Assembly (NCBI GenBank): GCA_951406725.2
Contig: OX597821.1
Location: forward strand, 47,802,001 to 47,866,000
DNA length: 64,000 nt
Origin: Octopus vulgaris
Lineage: Eukaryota
Reading direction: 5' to 3'
The notes under the pieces are model-generated. The model saw only the letters and a program-made list of their open reading frames with translations. It had not been told where the DNA came from and did not search any database. Positions within the stretch are counted from its first letter, which is position 1, and every line of letters begins with the position of its first letter. The translations under genes were made by a program, and so were the position numbers. This document shows positions 48,056-62,027 of this stretch, one piece after another.

Positions 48056-50492
48056 ATGATGGGTATGCTCCGTGTTTTGAATGAGATGGTTATGCCATTT
48101 TGTGGTGAGGGAGACATTGCCACTTATTTGAAAAAGATTAAGCTGGTCGCAAAACTCCATGGTATAGATGACCTAGTGAGTTTTATACCATTGTACCATG
48201 ATGGATCGGCGTTGGCGCTATCCTACCTGGAAATGGAGAATGACCAGTTAAGTGCAGATAATGGAGAAGTCCGGCTGATGGAGGCTTTTATGGAAGGGCC
48301 ATTCTTGGCATACGGTCGACTGCAGATAGCGAAGTGGACGGGTGAACAGGTCGATGTGTTTGCCAACGTAATCAGGATTGGCCAAACTTGCAGGATACAC
48401 AGATGAGGCACTGGAATGAACAGTCAAATTAGCATTTGTGATTGGATTTCCTAACCTCATGTCAGCTGAACTGCAAAAGCTGCCGAATATTCACTCCATG
48501 GCGATGGGTGAGGTAATATCTCGGACTAGAGTCCTCACCTCGTGTTGCAGGACAACACTGCTAGCAGCGACTGCAACAATGAGAAGGGGTCAAACAAAGC
48601 ACAGTGGAGAGGGGTCAAAAAAAGAATGTGTGCAACCCTTCAGAGAGCAATATTTTCAGTGTCAGGGTTCGCACATGGTGAGAGATTGCAAGGAACTCAA
48701 GCCTGGAGTGATTTGCTATCGATGCAGACAAACAGGTCACATCACTAGTGAATGTGTTCAGGGAAACAGTCTAAGGGAGACTACTGCATCAGTAATCGTC
48801 CTGTTGAAAGAACAGAGGCACATATAGAGTCATTGCTAGTAGTGGTCATTGTGGTAGAAGAAAAGGTATCATGAGCCCTCACAGACATGGCTGCTCAACA
48901 ACCCTAATGACTCCGGAAGTGGCAGAAGAATGGAATGGAGTGAATAGTGTAAGGGCTGTTGATGGCATGGAAGTTGAATACAGAGGAAGTAGTGATGTGG
49001 CGATGGCGGTATGAGGAACAAGAATGAGGTTGCATGCAATTGTGATTGACCACGTTTTGGATGGAATCAATGTGGTGATGGAGATGGATGCAATTGTCCG
49101 TTTGGGAAGGTGTCACGGTCAATGAAGCCAGTGTAATGTGGGAGTGCTATGTGCCTCCACATTACACTGTTCTGGAAATTGGAGGTGTCGTGGTGGAGGA
49201 TGTGGTCTAGCTCAGGAAAAAGGACAACTGCAACCACATCAACATGGTGGAGCTGGATGCCATGAACCTGGCCCTGAGGTGGAGGCTGTGTACCATTGAG
49301 ATCCGGACTGATTCGGCCACTGTACTTAGGTGGCATCTTATCAGCATCTCACAGAGATGCTGATAAGACACCACTTGGGAATTCTGGGAGAGTTAGCTGC
49401 CAAGTTTCACCTGAGGCTGAGTGCGGTTTTTGTATTCTCCGAGAGGAATAGGGTGGACGTTCTAACCAGAGTAAAGGAAACCTGGTTGCATGTGCCGGAG
49501 GATCTGGAGCAAGGAATGGCTGCTGTGTGTCAATTGAGTGACTTGGAGCTCAGGAGACTGCATACCATGCATCACATGGGGGTGGACAGGACCCTGTTCC
49601 TAGCCAGGAAAGTTGACTCTGATGTGACCAGGCAGCATGTACAGCAAGTAGCTGGGAGCTGTGACAGGTGCCAGTCCATTGACCCTACTCCAGGTGTGCA
49701 TGAGGCAGGAAGCATTCCAGTGGAACACAACTGGAAATGACTGGCAGTGGACATGATGCACGACTATCAGGGGATATACCTCTCAATGGTCGACTATGGA
49801 CTGGGGTGGTTGGCCATATGGATGGAGATGAAGACAGGGACCATGAAGGAAATCACAAGAATACTAAATGAGATATTCCTAGAATGAGGCCCCATGGATG
49901 AACTGCTTGTGACAATGGTACTGCATTTCACTTGGAGGTGCTGGGGGAAATGCTCGACAAGTGGCATGTTAGCCATTTCTTCTGGGCAGCATTCTGGCCA
50001 AGTGGCAATGGGGTTGTGGAGAGGCATCATCGCCCCATCAAAACCATGGCAAAGAGGAACCACATCCCACCAGTCGAATACGTTTTTTTGGTATAATATG
50101 TTGCCCAGGTCAGGATAGGCTAAGGAGTCAGTGCCACACAGGGCAATATTTAAGTACAAGTGGAGACATCCATGTACTCCATCATGCATCCCACAGAAGA
50201 GAAAGAGCATACCTTTGTGCAAATCAGGGAAGAAGTCTGGGTTAAACCCCCAAATGCACAGTGCACATCACAATGGAGAAAAGGGACAATAACCTCTGTA
50301 AATTCGAGGAACAATGTGTCGAAAGATGATATGTCACATCATGTTTTGGATGTGCACAGGATCGTCAATGCATCTGAGGATGGAGCCAACAATAATGGAC
50401 AAGAGGACGAAGCCAGCAGCAACATGCCAGCGACTGAGGCAAGCCCTGAAGTCCCATGGCAGTCGCAGAGGGAGTGGTGCCCTTCTCACTGA
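48056..50492 (+). pseudogene. gag-pol pseudogene (gag, PR, RH, IN fragments)
   Basis: Colinear ORF fragments 48056..48406, 48438..48827, 49330..49740 and 50160..50492 with stops and frameshifts. Confidence 0.85.
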
Positions 50493-50590
50493 TCAGCTGA
50501 TTACAAGACAAGTTAAGGTGAGTGGTTAGGGCTGAGGAGAGGGTGTGGGCAGGTTGGTTGAATGGTCTTCAGATCAGAGGTGGGGGCGCA

Positions 50591-50933
50591 TGTGGTGTTA
50601 TGAGCCAGGCTGTGTTGGAGAGAAGGACCCGAAGTGAGGGAGTACACAGTTCCTGTTAGAAGTGGAGCCTGCGGGTCCCACCAGAAAGGTTGCAGTGGGC
50701 ATGTGGGGTTGGCGAGGTGCAAGCGGGCAGTTGGCAGTGGATAGCATATGAGAGTAGACTGTTAGATGATACGGTGGCAGACTGAGCATATGGACATTGT
50801 AAGTGACCCCTTCCACACAGGCAGTATGGTGGCAGGCAGAGCATGTAGACGTTGTGAGTGACTCCTTCCAGGTAGACAGGTAAGACCACCGTAATTTTCC
50901 TTCTGCTTCTGTCTTTTCCTCCTTCACATCACA
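50591..50933 (+). repeat. 3' LTR (longer, with an internal ~55-bp duplication)
   Basis: Same termini as the 5' LTR; GGTGGCAG..AGCAT..GAC.TTGT.AGTGAC.CCTTCCA is repeated twice. Confidence 0.92.
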
Positions 50934-51284
50934 CTACTCTTGGATGAGTTTCACGTCTACTTCTAGTTACTTCAACTCTAGGCCCAAATGAAATACCCAG
51001 ATGTTATGGTAACCTATGATATTTATATATAATAGAGGTTTATAAGTGAGTTGAAAACAAAACTTTATTGAACTGAGACTATCTTACAATCAAAAGTAAA
51101 AATAAATTTCCTCAAGGGATGTTTAAAAATCTAAAAACAATAAGCAAGAGGTAACTCCAAAAGTAAAGGAATTAGCTTCATTAAAAATCAGCTAATCCAA
51201 AAATTTATGAAATGAAGACAATAGAGACAGGAGGGGTCTAAGAAAAATGGTGAAAGTTCAACATGGAATTGAGCAGTAACTTAC

Positions 51285-51343
51285 CTATTTGTCCTTTGGT
51301 TAGTTCTGAGATAACTGAAGCGACTACAAATCATTCTTTTCCA
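51285..51343 (-). other. Candidate 59-nt host exon
   Basis: Acceptor ttctttactgtgatttcag, donor AG|GTAAGT; one open frame WKRMICSRFSYLRTNQRTN. Confidence 0.35.
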
Positions 51344-52913
51344 CTGAAATCACAGTAAAGAACAATCACTATTTCGTGAAAATTTGGCAAAATAAATATT
51401 CAATATGGCCAACAAGAGAAGAATATTTCTCGAATTATGCATGGATTGCAATAAATGATTAATTGATAGTGAAATTAATTCTTGAGGATTTCATATTAGC
51501 AAGCAATCAATATTAATTATACTGGTAACTATAATGTGCATAGTCATTTAGCAGGGAATTTCAGAGAAAAGAAGGAGAAAAAGACCAGTAAAAACCATAA
51601 AATAAATACAAGTCTGTGTGTCCAGTTATATCCAAACAATTGGAATGGACATTGTGGAAAATGAATCACGATCAATTTGTGTCAGTATTATAATTATATT
51701 GTTATAATGTTATATTATAATTATATTGTTATATTTACCCCTACGATGAATTAAAAAAAAAAAACTTTATGCAAATAAAATATAAAAATTCTTGTAAATT
51801 TCAATTTTAGAGATAATTTTAAGCTCTCCAATCATTAATTAATTTGTAATGAAAATAAAAATATTCCTCTTTATAAATCTCCTCCTCCTGTTTATCACCA
51901 GCCTCCTCTTTGCAACTGTTCTCTCACACTGGAAACAGAAAGTAGAGGTCTTTTGTTTACAAGAGAATGTAAAGAAAAACACTGCTTCATTTTGGTCTTT
52001 ATCTGTTTATTATTACTGAGGACAATTTGAACAACGTTCACACACATATATATGCACACGACTGCTTCTAGTGATCCTTCCGAAAGGAGTTATTCCACAC
52101 GGATTCCTACTAGTAACTCCTTCCATATTCCTGATACATATGAAGCCTACCATCTCTGTCAGCCTACCCATGACCCCATTATAGGCTTTATACATTCATA
52201 ACTTACACTGAGTACACAGCAGGAAATTTCCACTAGCAACACTTCTGTATATTACACATGATCACTTTTTTCATGTAACAGTATCCTGTCTTTTTTTCTA
52301 CATTTTAAAACTGTAGTTTTAGCTAAGTTTGCTTTGAGGTCTCTTAATTCTAGGCTTTACTTCCAAATTTTAAATTTCTTCTTTGAATTAGTAGAGAATT
52401 ACCTATAAGGACTAGGACAGACATTAATTTCTCTGTTTTGGCATATAAATAATATGTCATATAATTATGCCATATAACTATTATACAGTCATATAACTCT
52501 TATCTGATTACAACAAACAGAAAGGACTTTAGACTAATTCTTGGTTGGTCCTTAACTGCATCTAAGATTTATTACTGGAGTCATTGAATGACTCTCATGT
52601 TAATTGATACATGGTTTGTATAGGTCTCACATTCTGTCTATTTGTCCCTTGTTCTTATAGTGATCAATAGATACAGAGTATTGATCCTTGCGAAAGCTTT
52701 CTTCAAGACCTTATTCCAAATTAGGAACTTTCCCTGCAATTTTCAAACTAGGAAGATGCTACCAGCAGTAGCTCCTTCCTGCCCAAAACTGAACTGCATC
52801 TCATCTAGTCTAATTTTGCTGCTTGATAAGTGTGTTAGAAAGTGTATTATACATGCACATACACACAATTACATACACAGACATATACACAATTACATAT
52901 ATACATATTTAGA

Positions 52914-53992
52914 TGAGGGTGGGCTGGAAAAGTACATAGGCTGACTATGAAGGAGTGATGCTAAAGCTGTGAAATCTTGCATGCATTAATTTCAACTTGT
53001 TTTATAAATAAATGTATTGTTTCGTTCCATATAGACTGACATCTAACTCTTCAAAGAAGACTTCAAAACTTGCTATTAGCGACCTCTTTTGAAAATGGAC
53101 AAAATTTGGTATCATGGTGTTATCAAGTACCTGCAGGAAAAGGGTTTAGCTGACAACTTGCTGCATTAGGGGATGACTGTTCATCACACGGTGATGGATG
53201 CAGGCGATTGATTCTACATCAAATAGCCAATGTTATTAGCATATTCTGTGAGAGAGTTGAGAATATTCTGTACAATGAACTTAACATGTTTTCTGATACC
53301 TGGTCAAAAGTGCATCAGGCTGATCACATCACTGGGAAATCAGAAATTGTTTGAAGCAGAACCAGCAGGTTTCCTTGAACATTTCCTAACCTAGTATGAA
53401 ATTTTGAGTTCCTCAGTATGAGTCAGAGACAAAGAGACAATCCATGCAGTGGAAACACTCCTCCTCACCTGTTTTTACAGATACAAAAGGCATTGTGCTT
53501 ATTGACTATCTTTAAAAGGGTTACACCATCAATAGAGAGCACTATCCCAGCTTGCTGAGACAATTATGAAAGGCTATCAAGACTAAACACCAAGGGAAAC
53601 TGACGAAAGGGGTACTGTTTCATCAGGACAGTGCTCCAGCACACAAGTCCTTGCTTTCAGTGGCTACTGTGCATGACTGAAGCTTTTGAACTGGTTGATC
53701 AGCCTCCCTGTTCTCCTGATTTGCCTCCATCTGGCTATTGTCTGTTCTCCAACATGAAAAAACACATGTTTGAGAACCAGTATTGCTGTGATGACGACGT
53801 CAAATCGATCGTGATGACTTTTTTGAACAACAACAAGATGAAAGTTTGTTCCCCAATTGCATCCAAGCACTGCAACACTGATGGAAGAAGTGTGTGGACA
53901 GCAAGGGGAGACTATGTTGAAAATTGAACCTCATTCAGTCACATTCAATGAGAATATCTCAGTCAACCTATGAACTTTTCAGTCATCCCCCA
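52914..53992 (+). mobile_element. Degraded mariner transposon with both TIRs
   Basis: TIRs TGAGGGTGGGCTGGAAAAGTACATAGGCTGACT / AGTCAACCTATGAACTTTTCAGTCATCCCCCA; PPCSPDLPPSGY corresponds to the YSPDLAPSD motif. Confidence 0.88.
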
Positions 53993-55065
53993 TGTGTGTA
54001 TGTGTTTTAATTCATAGAGAGTTATGAAAGTAAAAGTTTCATACACAGGTTTTTTCAAAAGCTGGGAGAACTCTAATTTCTTTCCAGTAGAATCATTAGT
54101 AAATACAATCTAGGGCTGATGAGTTTGACATGGCTATGGGTTCTTTAGACTCTGCTCAGGTTACCAACTTTGTAGGTCTATATGGTTAGTCCACATTACT
54201 CTGTAAATAGCATAGATCTAATTTCCCAGTTCCTCTGGCATATATACATTCCTACCTGAATGGTATACTGGACTTTTGCAGGGTTCCTCATTTTTACCAG
54301 CTGAGTGGACTGAAGCAATGTGAAATAAAGTGTTTTCTTCAAGCACACAATGCATCACCTGGTCCAGGAATCAAAACCACAATCTTATAATCATGAGTCC
54401 AACACCCTAACCACTAAGTCATACACTTCCACTTGTAGGTTTAAATATACTCTACTATTTGAAGGAGAGTTTTGAAAGCCTGAAATATGGGAGCAGGCTC
54501 AATAAGGATGATGCTCTCTCTTCTAATTGCTTTTGGATGTCCAGTCTAGGCTGGAAAAGGCATAGAAAACATTTCCACGTTTTTGTCCTGGGATTACAAT
54601 TTTCAGATATTTTTCAAAATGTGCAGCAAAATACACAGCAATCTATCATACTACAGACACCAATCAAAATGGACACCAAGCTTAAACTGGCCCTGGAGTT
54701 CTGTAGAGGAAGGTAGAATCTTAACAGTATTAGTAGTTAGAAGCTACTGAAATCTTACCTTTCCAACACAGGCTGAGTGACCTCAGAACCTGTAGCCAAC
54801 CCCAATAGATCAAATTGGGCTCCAATTCAGTATGGCAATAATCTGACCTCCAGGGTATATGTGTGTGTGAGTGATGTGGGGGTAACATATAGCTCACCTG
54901 GATCAGCAGTGACCCTGGGCAGACTAATTACAAGACTGGATCTACACAGAGTGCAACCTGGTTTGTGGAACAGGGTCCTTTGGGCATTAAACCAAAGATT
55001 GCTGACCACCCATATCGTTGGTGGTCCATCCCAGGGGCAGATGCAAGAGAAAGAGACATGTAATC

Positions 55066-55326
55066 TGATCTAGGGTATGGGGTGGGATGAAGGCAAGAGA
55101 TTCAGCCAAATATGTTTACATCAAAATGGTGCCTGCTAATTTGAATTTTCAATTAATGCAGGAATAATTATTTTCCATCTGATTGACTTTCTCAGCAATT
55201 ACGCATTCAATGATTGCACTTCTAAACAGTTAGTTGTTTGTGCTTCCTTCTTGACAAAACAGCCAAATCTTTCTCCAATCACAGCTTACCAGCTTAAAAA
55301 TGGAAAGGACATATTAGACATTATTA
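55066..55326. repeat. Left arm of a long-range inverted repeat
   Basis: Reverse complement of 57274-57537. Confidence 0.85.
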
Positions 55327-56761
55327 CCACCATTCCTATCTAATGTCAAAACCAACATTCCTGGAATGTTTTTTTTTCCAGATCAGAAAGCTTTACCTCC
55401 ACAATATAGGTACAGTAGAATTTTCAACAAGACTACCATCAACCTATCCTACTACAACACTACAACACACAAACCGTATTCATCAATATAGCTGCTTCAA
55501 ATAAGTTTAAAGTTTGCTAAGCATAATGTGTGGATCTACTTTAGGGAAACAGTAGATTCTAAGGCTACCTCTTGTGGTAACACAAACCCAGATCACACAC
55601 ACCTATACTCTGAGAGGATCTATGGGAACAGGAAGGATTGCAGGACAGATAGAGCTTCCAGGAATTCTTGGGTTATATGCAAAACTCAACCCTACACTCT
55701 AAGTTCCACCTACCAAGTATGCATCTCACTAATCACTACAGAACTGGGGCACCTGACAAACTATTCTGCCCCAAGCTTCCACCACCTGATGTAACCATTG
55801 CAGATAGCCCCCTTGATGGGCAATGCATACATATGAACATTGTATATAAAATGTAAAACAATATGTTACTATGCATTGGAACATCTTCTCCAGCCAGAGA
55901 CTTAAGCACTCTACCTAATTATTTGAGACTCTCCATAAATTAGATGACGCAAATGTGTTAAGTGGAACTTTTTGAAAATCCTTTTGATAATTGTATGTCA
56001 CATTATGTAGTTTTGTGGTGCTAATTCGAAATATCAAATTAGCTCTTTCCTATTACCGAAGATTTTCTCGCAATTTAATGACAAAATATATCTTAATTTT
56101 CAGGTAAAGTACAAAAGAAACTAATAAAAATTAATTTGGTTCTTTACTGAGCAAAATACAATGGCATATATTCAAATTTCTGTTAGACGTATCAATTTAC
56201 ATCTAATGATATGCTTTGCTTGTCCATCTAAATATTTTGAGGAAAAATATGATTCTGTATGTTTGAAGTGCCACATATTTTTTATCCTTTATATAAAATT
56301 GAACTTTTGGGGGTCAGGTTATAGATATGCTTCATATAAATCTTTGTTAAGACTGTAGGATCATTGTATACAGTGACTGTAGTCATGATTTGGTCAAAGA
56401 AGACTCATGTGTTTAGCCATGATGATTTTGTTTATTCACTGATATTTGTATTTGTTTTTCAAAATAGATTATGATGTTGCTTAATAGTCACAACAAAGTT
56501 TTGTCAGAATGAAATTTAAAGTTGTTCACAGCTTGGGTAATCTTTCCTTTTGGGTTGCTTTTAATCCTGCAATTGTACTTAAACATACATATTTATCATT
56601 ATTATTTTCTTATTTTGTTTTCGTGAATTGTTTTGAAATGTCACTTTATGTGTAATATTACGGTGATGTGTTTATATAAATATGATAAGCTGTGTGCATT
56701 GCTTATATAGATATGCTGCAACACATGTGGTGTTTAAAACACTTATGTAGAAATATTTGTA

Positions 56762-56861
56762 TTCTTTTATTCTTTTATTCTTTTACTTGCTTCAGTCATT
56801 TGACTGCATCCGTGCTGGAGCAATACCTTTAGTCGAACAAGTCAACCCCAGCACTTATTCT
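56762..56861 (-). mobile_element. SINE family A 3' fragment
   Basis: TTCAGTCATTTGACTGCATCCGTGCTGGAGC with (TTCTTTTA)n. Confidence 0.75.
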
Positions 56862-56990
56862 GAATGAGATTGCATAACAATTAATCTTTGTTTAGAATGC
56901 CATGTAAATCCATGTGCCAAACTTTCAATGGAGTATTAAACCTAGATTGATCAAAATTTTTGTGACTGACTCTCCAGTTTTACTCTAATC

Positions 56991-57032
<42 letters not shown>

Positions 57033-57273
57033 GTGCATGCGCACACACACTGACATAGACATATATGCGGAGAGAGAGTGGGAGAGAGAGTGAGAGACTA
57101 AGTGATAGATAGATAGATAAATAGATAGACAGACAGAGCTATTTAACAAAGTGTATTTCTCTTAAATCTGTGTAAATTTAAAAATTTCGTTGTAACACAG
57201 TTATTATTTAGCCCCAGGTCATCCCCGATCAAGTAGAAATGATCAAACAGATTCCAAATGCATTCAACCCCAT

Positions 57274-57537
57274 GATAATGTCTAATATGTCCTTTCCCTT
57301 TTTAAGCTTTTAAGTTGTGATCGGAGAGAGATTTGGCTGTTTTTTCAAGTAAAAAGAGCAACTAACTCTTTAGAAGTGTAATCATTGGCTCATTGAATGC
57401 TTAATTGCAGAGAAAGTCAATCAGATGGAAAATAATTATTCCTGCATTAATTGAAAATTCAAATTAGCAGGCACCGTTTTGACTCAAACATATTTGGCTG
57501 AATCTCTTGCCTTCACCCCACCCTATACCCCAGGTCA
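57274..57537. repeat. Right arm of the long-range inverted repeat
   Basis: Reverse complement of 55066-55326. Confidence 0.85.
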
Positions 57538-59375
57538 TTTGGCTTCTTGTCAAAGAACCATTCAACCACATGCTACAACTACTGACTCACAGAAATATGG
57601 CAGCTACTACTGTTATCGCTGCTGCTGTTGCTGCTCTAATGGTTTCAACTCCTGTATAACACAAGATCAGAAATCTCTACAAATTTGCTCGTGAACCTTA
57701 ATACTTTCTCTCATTTAAACAACATGAAACAACTTCCAGCAAAACAATCAGGCCTTGATGCAGTTATTTGACATGCTAGAAATAGTAGCTTGATCTTTGT
57801 CAATTCACACTGTCTATCATTTTATAATACAAAAGACATATGAGACAATACAGTTAAGACACAACTAAAAGGATAGTCATTGGTCAATTCCAAGTTTGCA
57901 TGACACAGCAATAATGTTATGCTAAAAGAAAATGGAATCAATAAACAAAATCAATGTATTTTTTGACTGGCTAAGGAAAATGATCAATACTTCTGGTTGA
58001 GGCTCTTAATCAGAGATGAGAAAGAGAACAGAAAAGGGAAAAGCCGTGTATTGACATATAAGGGTCATGGAAAGTTATAAACATACATATATAGATATAT
58101 GCTTAAATGCATACTTGTATACATACTTAGGTACATTCATACATAAACATACAAAAATATACACATACACACATATATACATACTTATAAACATTCACAT
58201 ATATGTATATTCATATATATACAAAAATATACATTTACTTCCATACACATACATGCACACAAATATACATATATATCATATATATATACAGAAATACATA
58301 TGCATACACACATACATATATACATACATACACTCATCATACAAAAATACATAGGTAAAACCCACAGAGATATCAGATGTAAAATTTGAGCTGATAATGA
58401 AACAATCGAACAAATTGCCATCTGGAGTCAGGCAGGTAAAAGAATACGTCTGAAAAGTGTAGAAATATTATGGGAAAAACAATAATCAAAGAAGCTTAAT
58501 ACACAGAAGGTAGAAACAGAAGTGAATGTGAAGTTTTGGGTGACAGTCATTGTCAAAGGGAAGAAAAGATAATGGAAACAAGAACTGAAAGAGAAAAAAA
58601 TGCATAATGCACAATTATGGCATCTGTTCAGGTGACAATAAATTTACCTAAATAAAATAATTAAATTCAGTTTTTATACATGGAAGATTGGGTTGGGGGT
58701 AGATAACAACTGACAATTTAATATGGGTCAATAAACTATGATACTTAGGTGTGTAGAAAGGGTGTGGAAAAAGTTTATATGTAAGGTACACATTCCTCAA
58801 CACTATTATTTTTGAAGGCACATAACCTTATGGTTAGTGTTTCAAGTTCAGGATCATAAGATTGTGGGTTTAATTCTGTGACAAGGTAGTGAGTTGTGTC
58901 CTCGGGCAAAGTACTTTATTTCAAGTTCTACCAGTATTTCTCAGCTGAAAATGAGTACCAGCTGATTGTTGTTGCAGCTCTTCTTTCCCTCTCTACTTTC
59001 ACTGTCATATTTTCGATATTTTACTGAGTCAAAGAAGGAAGTTGTAAAGAAGTTGTTTATGCTCACTTATAACTACTTAGGCAACTGGAATTAATAGTAA
59101 AAGTAGGGCATACACTATCAGGTCACACTAGGCCTCAGTGATTGGTGTAGCAGCGTTATAGTCAACTGCTAAAAAGGCAAAGGTAATGCCCCAGACAGAA
59201 ATACAGAGGAATCAGTTTGCTGAACCAAGTGATGAAATTTGCAGAAAGGGTCATAACTTAATTAATGCAGATGTGAGTTAGCATAGATGAGATGCAGTTT
59301 GGAAAAATACTATAGTATAGCGAGAAAGAGAGAGAGATACAATAGTATTTTATGATAGTATTTTTCCGATGGCTG

Positions 59376-59436
59376 GATAACTGAAGAGATGGCAGCGTGG
59401 ATTTCCACCTTGGCATCCGAAACTCGGAGTTTTATC
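59376..59436 (+). ncRNA. Type I hammerhead ribozyme motif with intact core, in a short Penelope-like repeat
   Basis: GATAA-CTGAAGA-GATG..CATCC-GAAA-CTC-G-GAG-T-T-TTATC. Confidence 0.7.
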
Positions 59437-59538
59437 ATGGCTACCAAATAATTGTCACATATTACATTTACAGATAAATTCCTCTATTTACATAATATCG
59501 AGGTCTCTTTCATTCTTTTGTTCTCTTACCATTTTTAT

Positions 59539-59574
<36 letters not shown>

Positions 59575-59577
<3 letters not shown>

Positions 59578-59733
59578 CGTAGGAGTGGCTGTGTGCTAAG
59601 TAGCTTGCTTACGAACAACATGGTTCAGTCCCACTGCATGGCATTTTGGGCAAGTGTCTTCTACTATAGCCTCGGGCTAACCAAAGCCTTGTGAGTGGAT
59701 TTGGTAGAAGGAAACTGAAAGAAGCCTGTCGTA

Positions 59734-59778
<45 letters not shown>

Positions 59779-59997
59779 ATATGTTTGTGTGTCAGTGTGT
59801 GTGTCCCCCCAACATTGCTTGACAACTGATGCTAGTGGTTTTACGTCTCTATAACATAGCGCTTTGGCAAAAGAGACCGACAGAATAAGTACTAGGCCTA
59901 CAAAGAATAAGTCCTGGGGTCGATTTGCTTGACTAAAGGTGGTGCTCCGGCATGACCACAGTCAAATGACTGAAACAAGTAAAAGAGTAAAACGAGT
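59575..59997 (+). mobile_element. SINE family A
   Basis: Full copy. Confidence 0.9.
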
Positions 59998-60478
59998 ATA
60001 TGTGGAACATGATGATCATGATGATGTACCAATGTATATATATATATATGTCTGTATAAATTCTCACGCAAATATTATTCAATGTGCTATTCTAATAAAT
60101 CAGCAGGTCTAAATCGTTAAAACATCAAGTGCATAAATTTCCAGTGATTGATTATTAATATAAATTGATAAACTCACTGCTGAGATGTGATTACTATTTC
60201 TCTAAAAGCCACTAAGTCGCTTTTCTTTTCACCATGAAATATTAAAAGACATTTCATGGGATCCAAGGCAGAATTTAATGATATTACCGGATATTATGCA
60301 TTGTGGTTAGATAGCGAGAGGATAGCAATATTTTTGATGAGATATTTGCTTAAACCATTCATTTTCTAAACCATTCTGGTGTATTGCTTTTTCATTCATA
60401 TCCTTCAAACTTTCCTTTATCTATTTACATCTCCAGTGATTTCTTATTCCGTTCCACTCAGAACAAACAATTACATCA

Positions 60479-60517
<39 letters not shown>

Positions 60518-60887
60518 GAAATATGTGTGCATATACGCTGATACACATTATGATATGTGTACAGGCATACAGACGTGTTTGAATGTATATAAATGTACAT
60601 AACATTACCACATGCTATTACTTGAAAACATGAATGAAACACATACACATGTTTACATATCTGTTACTGCAAGCATACACATCCACACATGTAGAAACAC
60701 AAGCACATACATCCAGACATTCACAAATACACACACACAGACACATATACATACACACACCAACATACACATGTACACATACAGTAATTAGAAGTCCAAC
60801 TTTTATTAACTTTTTATATTTCTAATTAAAACTAATGTTTATTTCTTCCGACCTTATGTTGTTATTGTCATTATTACTGCTGTTGCT

Positions 60888-60967
<80 letters not shown>

Positions 60968-61032
60968 GCTGGTGCTGGTGCTGGTGGTAGTGTTGGTGGT
61001 GCTGGTGCTGGTAGTAGTAGTAGTAGTAGTAG
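60888..61032. repeat. (GTA)n/(GTG)n/(GGTGCT)n compound microsatellite
   Basis: Directly visible. Confidence 0.95.
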
Positions 61033-62027
61033 TTATTGTTCCAACTCCGATCTCATGAAACTGTGAGTATACTAGTCATATTAACTATCTCAGACAAGAT
61101 TATTCAATGCATCTTTACTGTATATTATGTTAGGCTGTGACTGGAAAAGGAACAACATTTGACTGTTCTAATTTGACCATGTAGAAGATATTTCTTCATT
61201 GGCTCAGTGGAACATCAAGTTTTCAGGAGAGATGTTATGTTGTGATACAGATGCTTTCCCAAAGGTCAAATAAGTTGGCCTTTTTCTCCCTCTGAACTGA
61301 AACTCTATTAAATTCCTGGTTCATCACATAATCCAAATTACTCATTATCTTAATAACATTCTGAAATTGAAGTTTTCGTGTGGAGAACACAACTAACAGT
61401 TACCCTTCTGTATACTACGTTTTATTTTGATAAAGGTATTTTCTATTAGTCTGTTCTGGAAGAAGGGGCTGTGATTATGTCCGTCACAAACCTTTTGAGA
61501 TCTGTGAGCAAAGAGCCAACATCTCTACTGATGTTTCCACTAAGCTATGCATTGGTGATGTGCACCATTGTTTTACAACTAATGTATAAAAGGAAAAAGT
61601 GCACACACACACACACACAAGATTTCTGAGACCAAATTAATAGTACACACTTAAAAGTGGAATGCATTTCTTGGGGAGGTGGTGCAATATAGCATTGTGC
61701 AATGGTTAGTTGCATGGACACTCACATATATTGCAAAGATAAAATTTGCACACCAGCAAAAGTTAGAGGGAACATTTACCTCACCAGAGATGCATCAGTT
61801 CCATTCGATTATAGGACAGCACCATTGAAGACCCTATATTGTGTAGTTTTAGAAATTGAGCTCCTATGATTCAGTTCTCCTCTAGCTATACATGCAGAAG
61901 GAATTGAAGTGAAGTACTGGGAGGTAACTTATCACCTGGCATTTCTACAATGTTGCTGCTACTTAGTGTGATAAATTACTCCTTCATTAAAAGGAACCCT
62001 TGTAAATTAAGTCCCTTGGTTATGCAA

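Larger units (their letters stand above)
47759..50933 (+). mobile_element. Gypsy-type LTR retrotransposon, degraded, RT domain deleted
   Basis: Two TG..CA LTRs; 5-bp TSD CTACC/CTACT; purine-rich tract before the 3' LTR; gag CCHC (CYRCRQTGHITSEC), protease relic, RNase H relic (HINMVELDA), integrase HHCC (HHMGVDRT..CDRC). Confidence 0.9.

Noticed and set aside
52070-52125. Small hairpin (AAGGAGTTA/TAACTCCTT) as a miRNA precursor
   Set aside because: The stem is too short and I recognise no known mature miRNA
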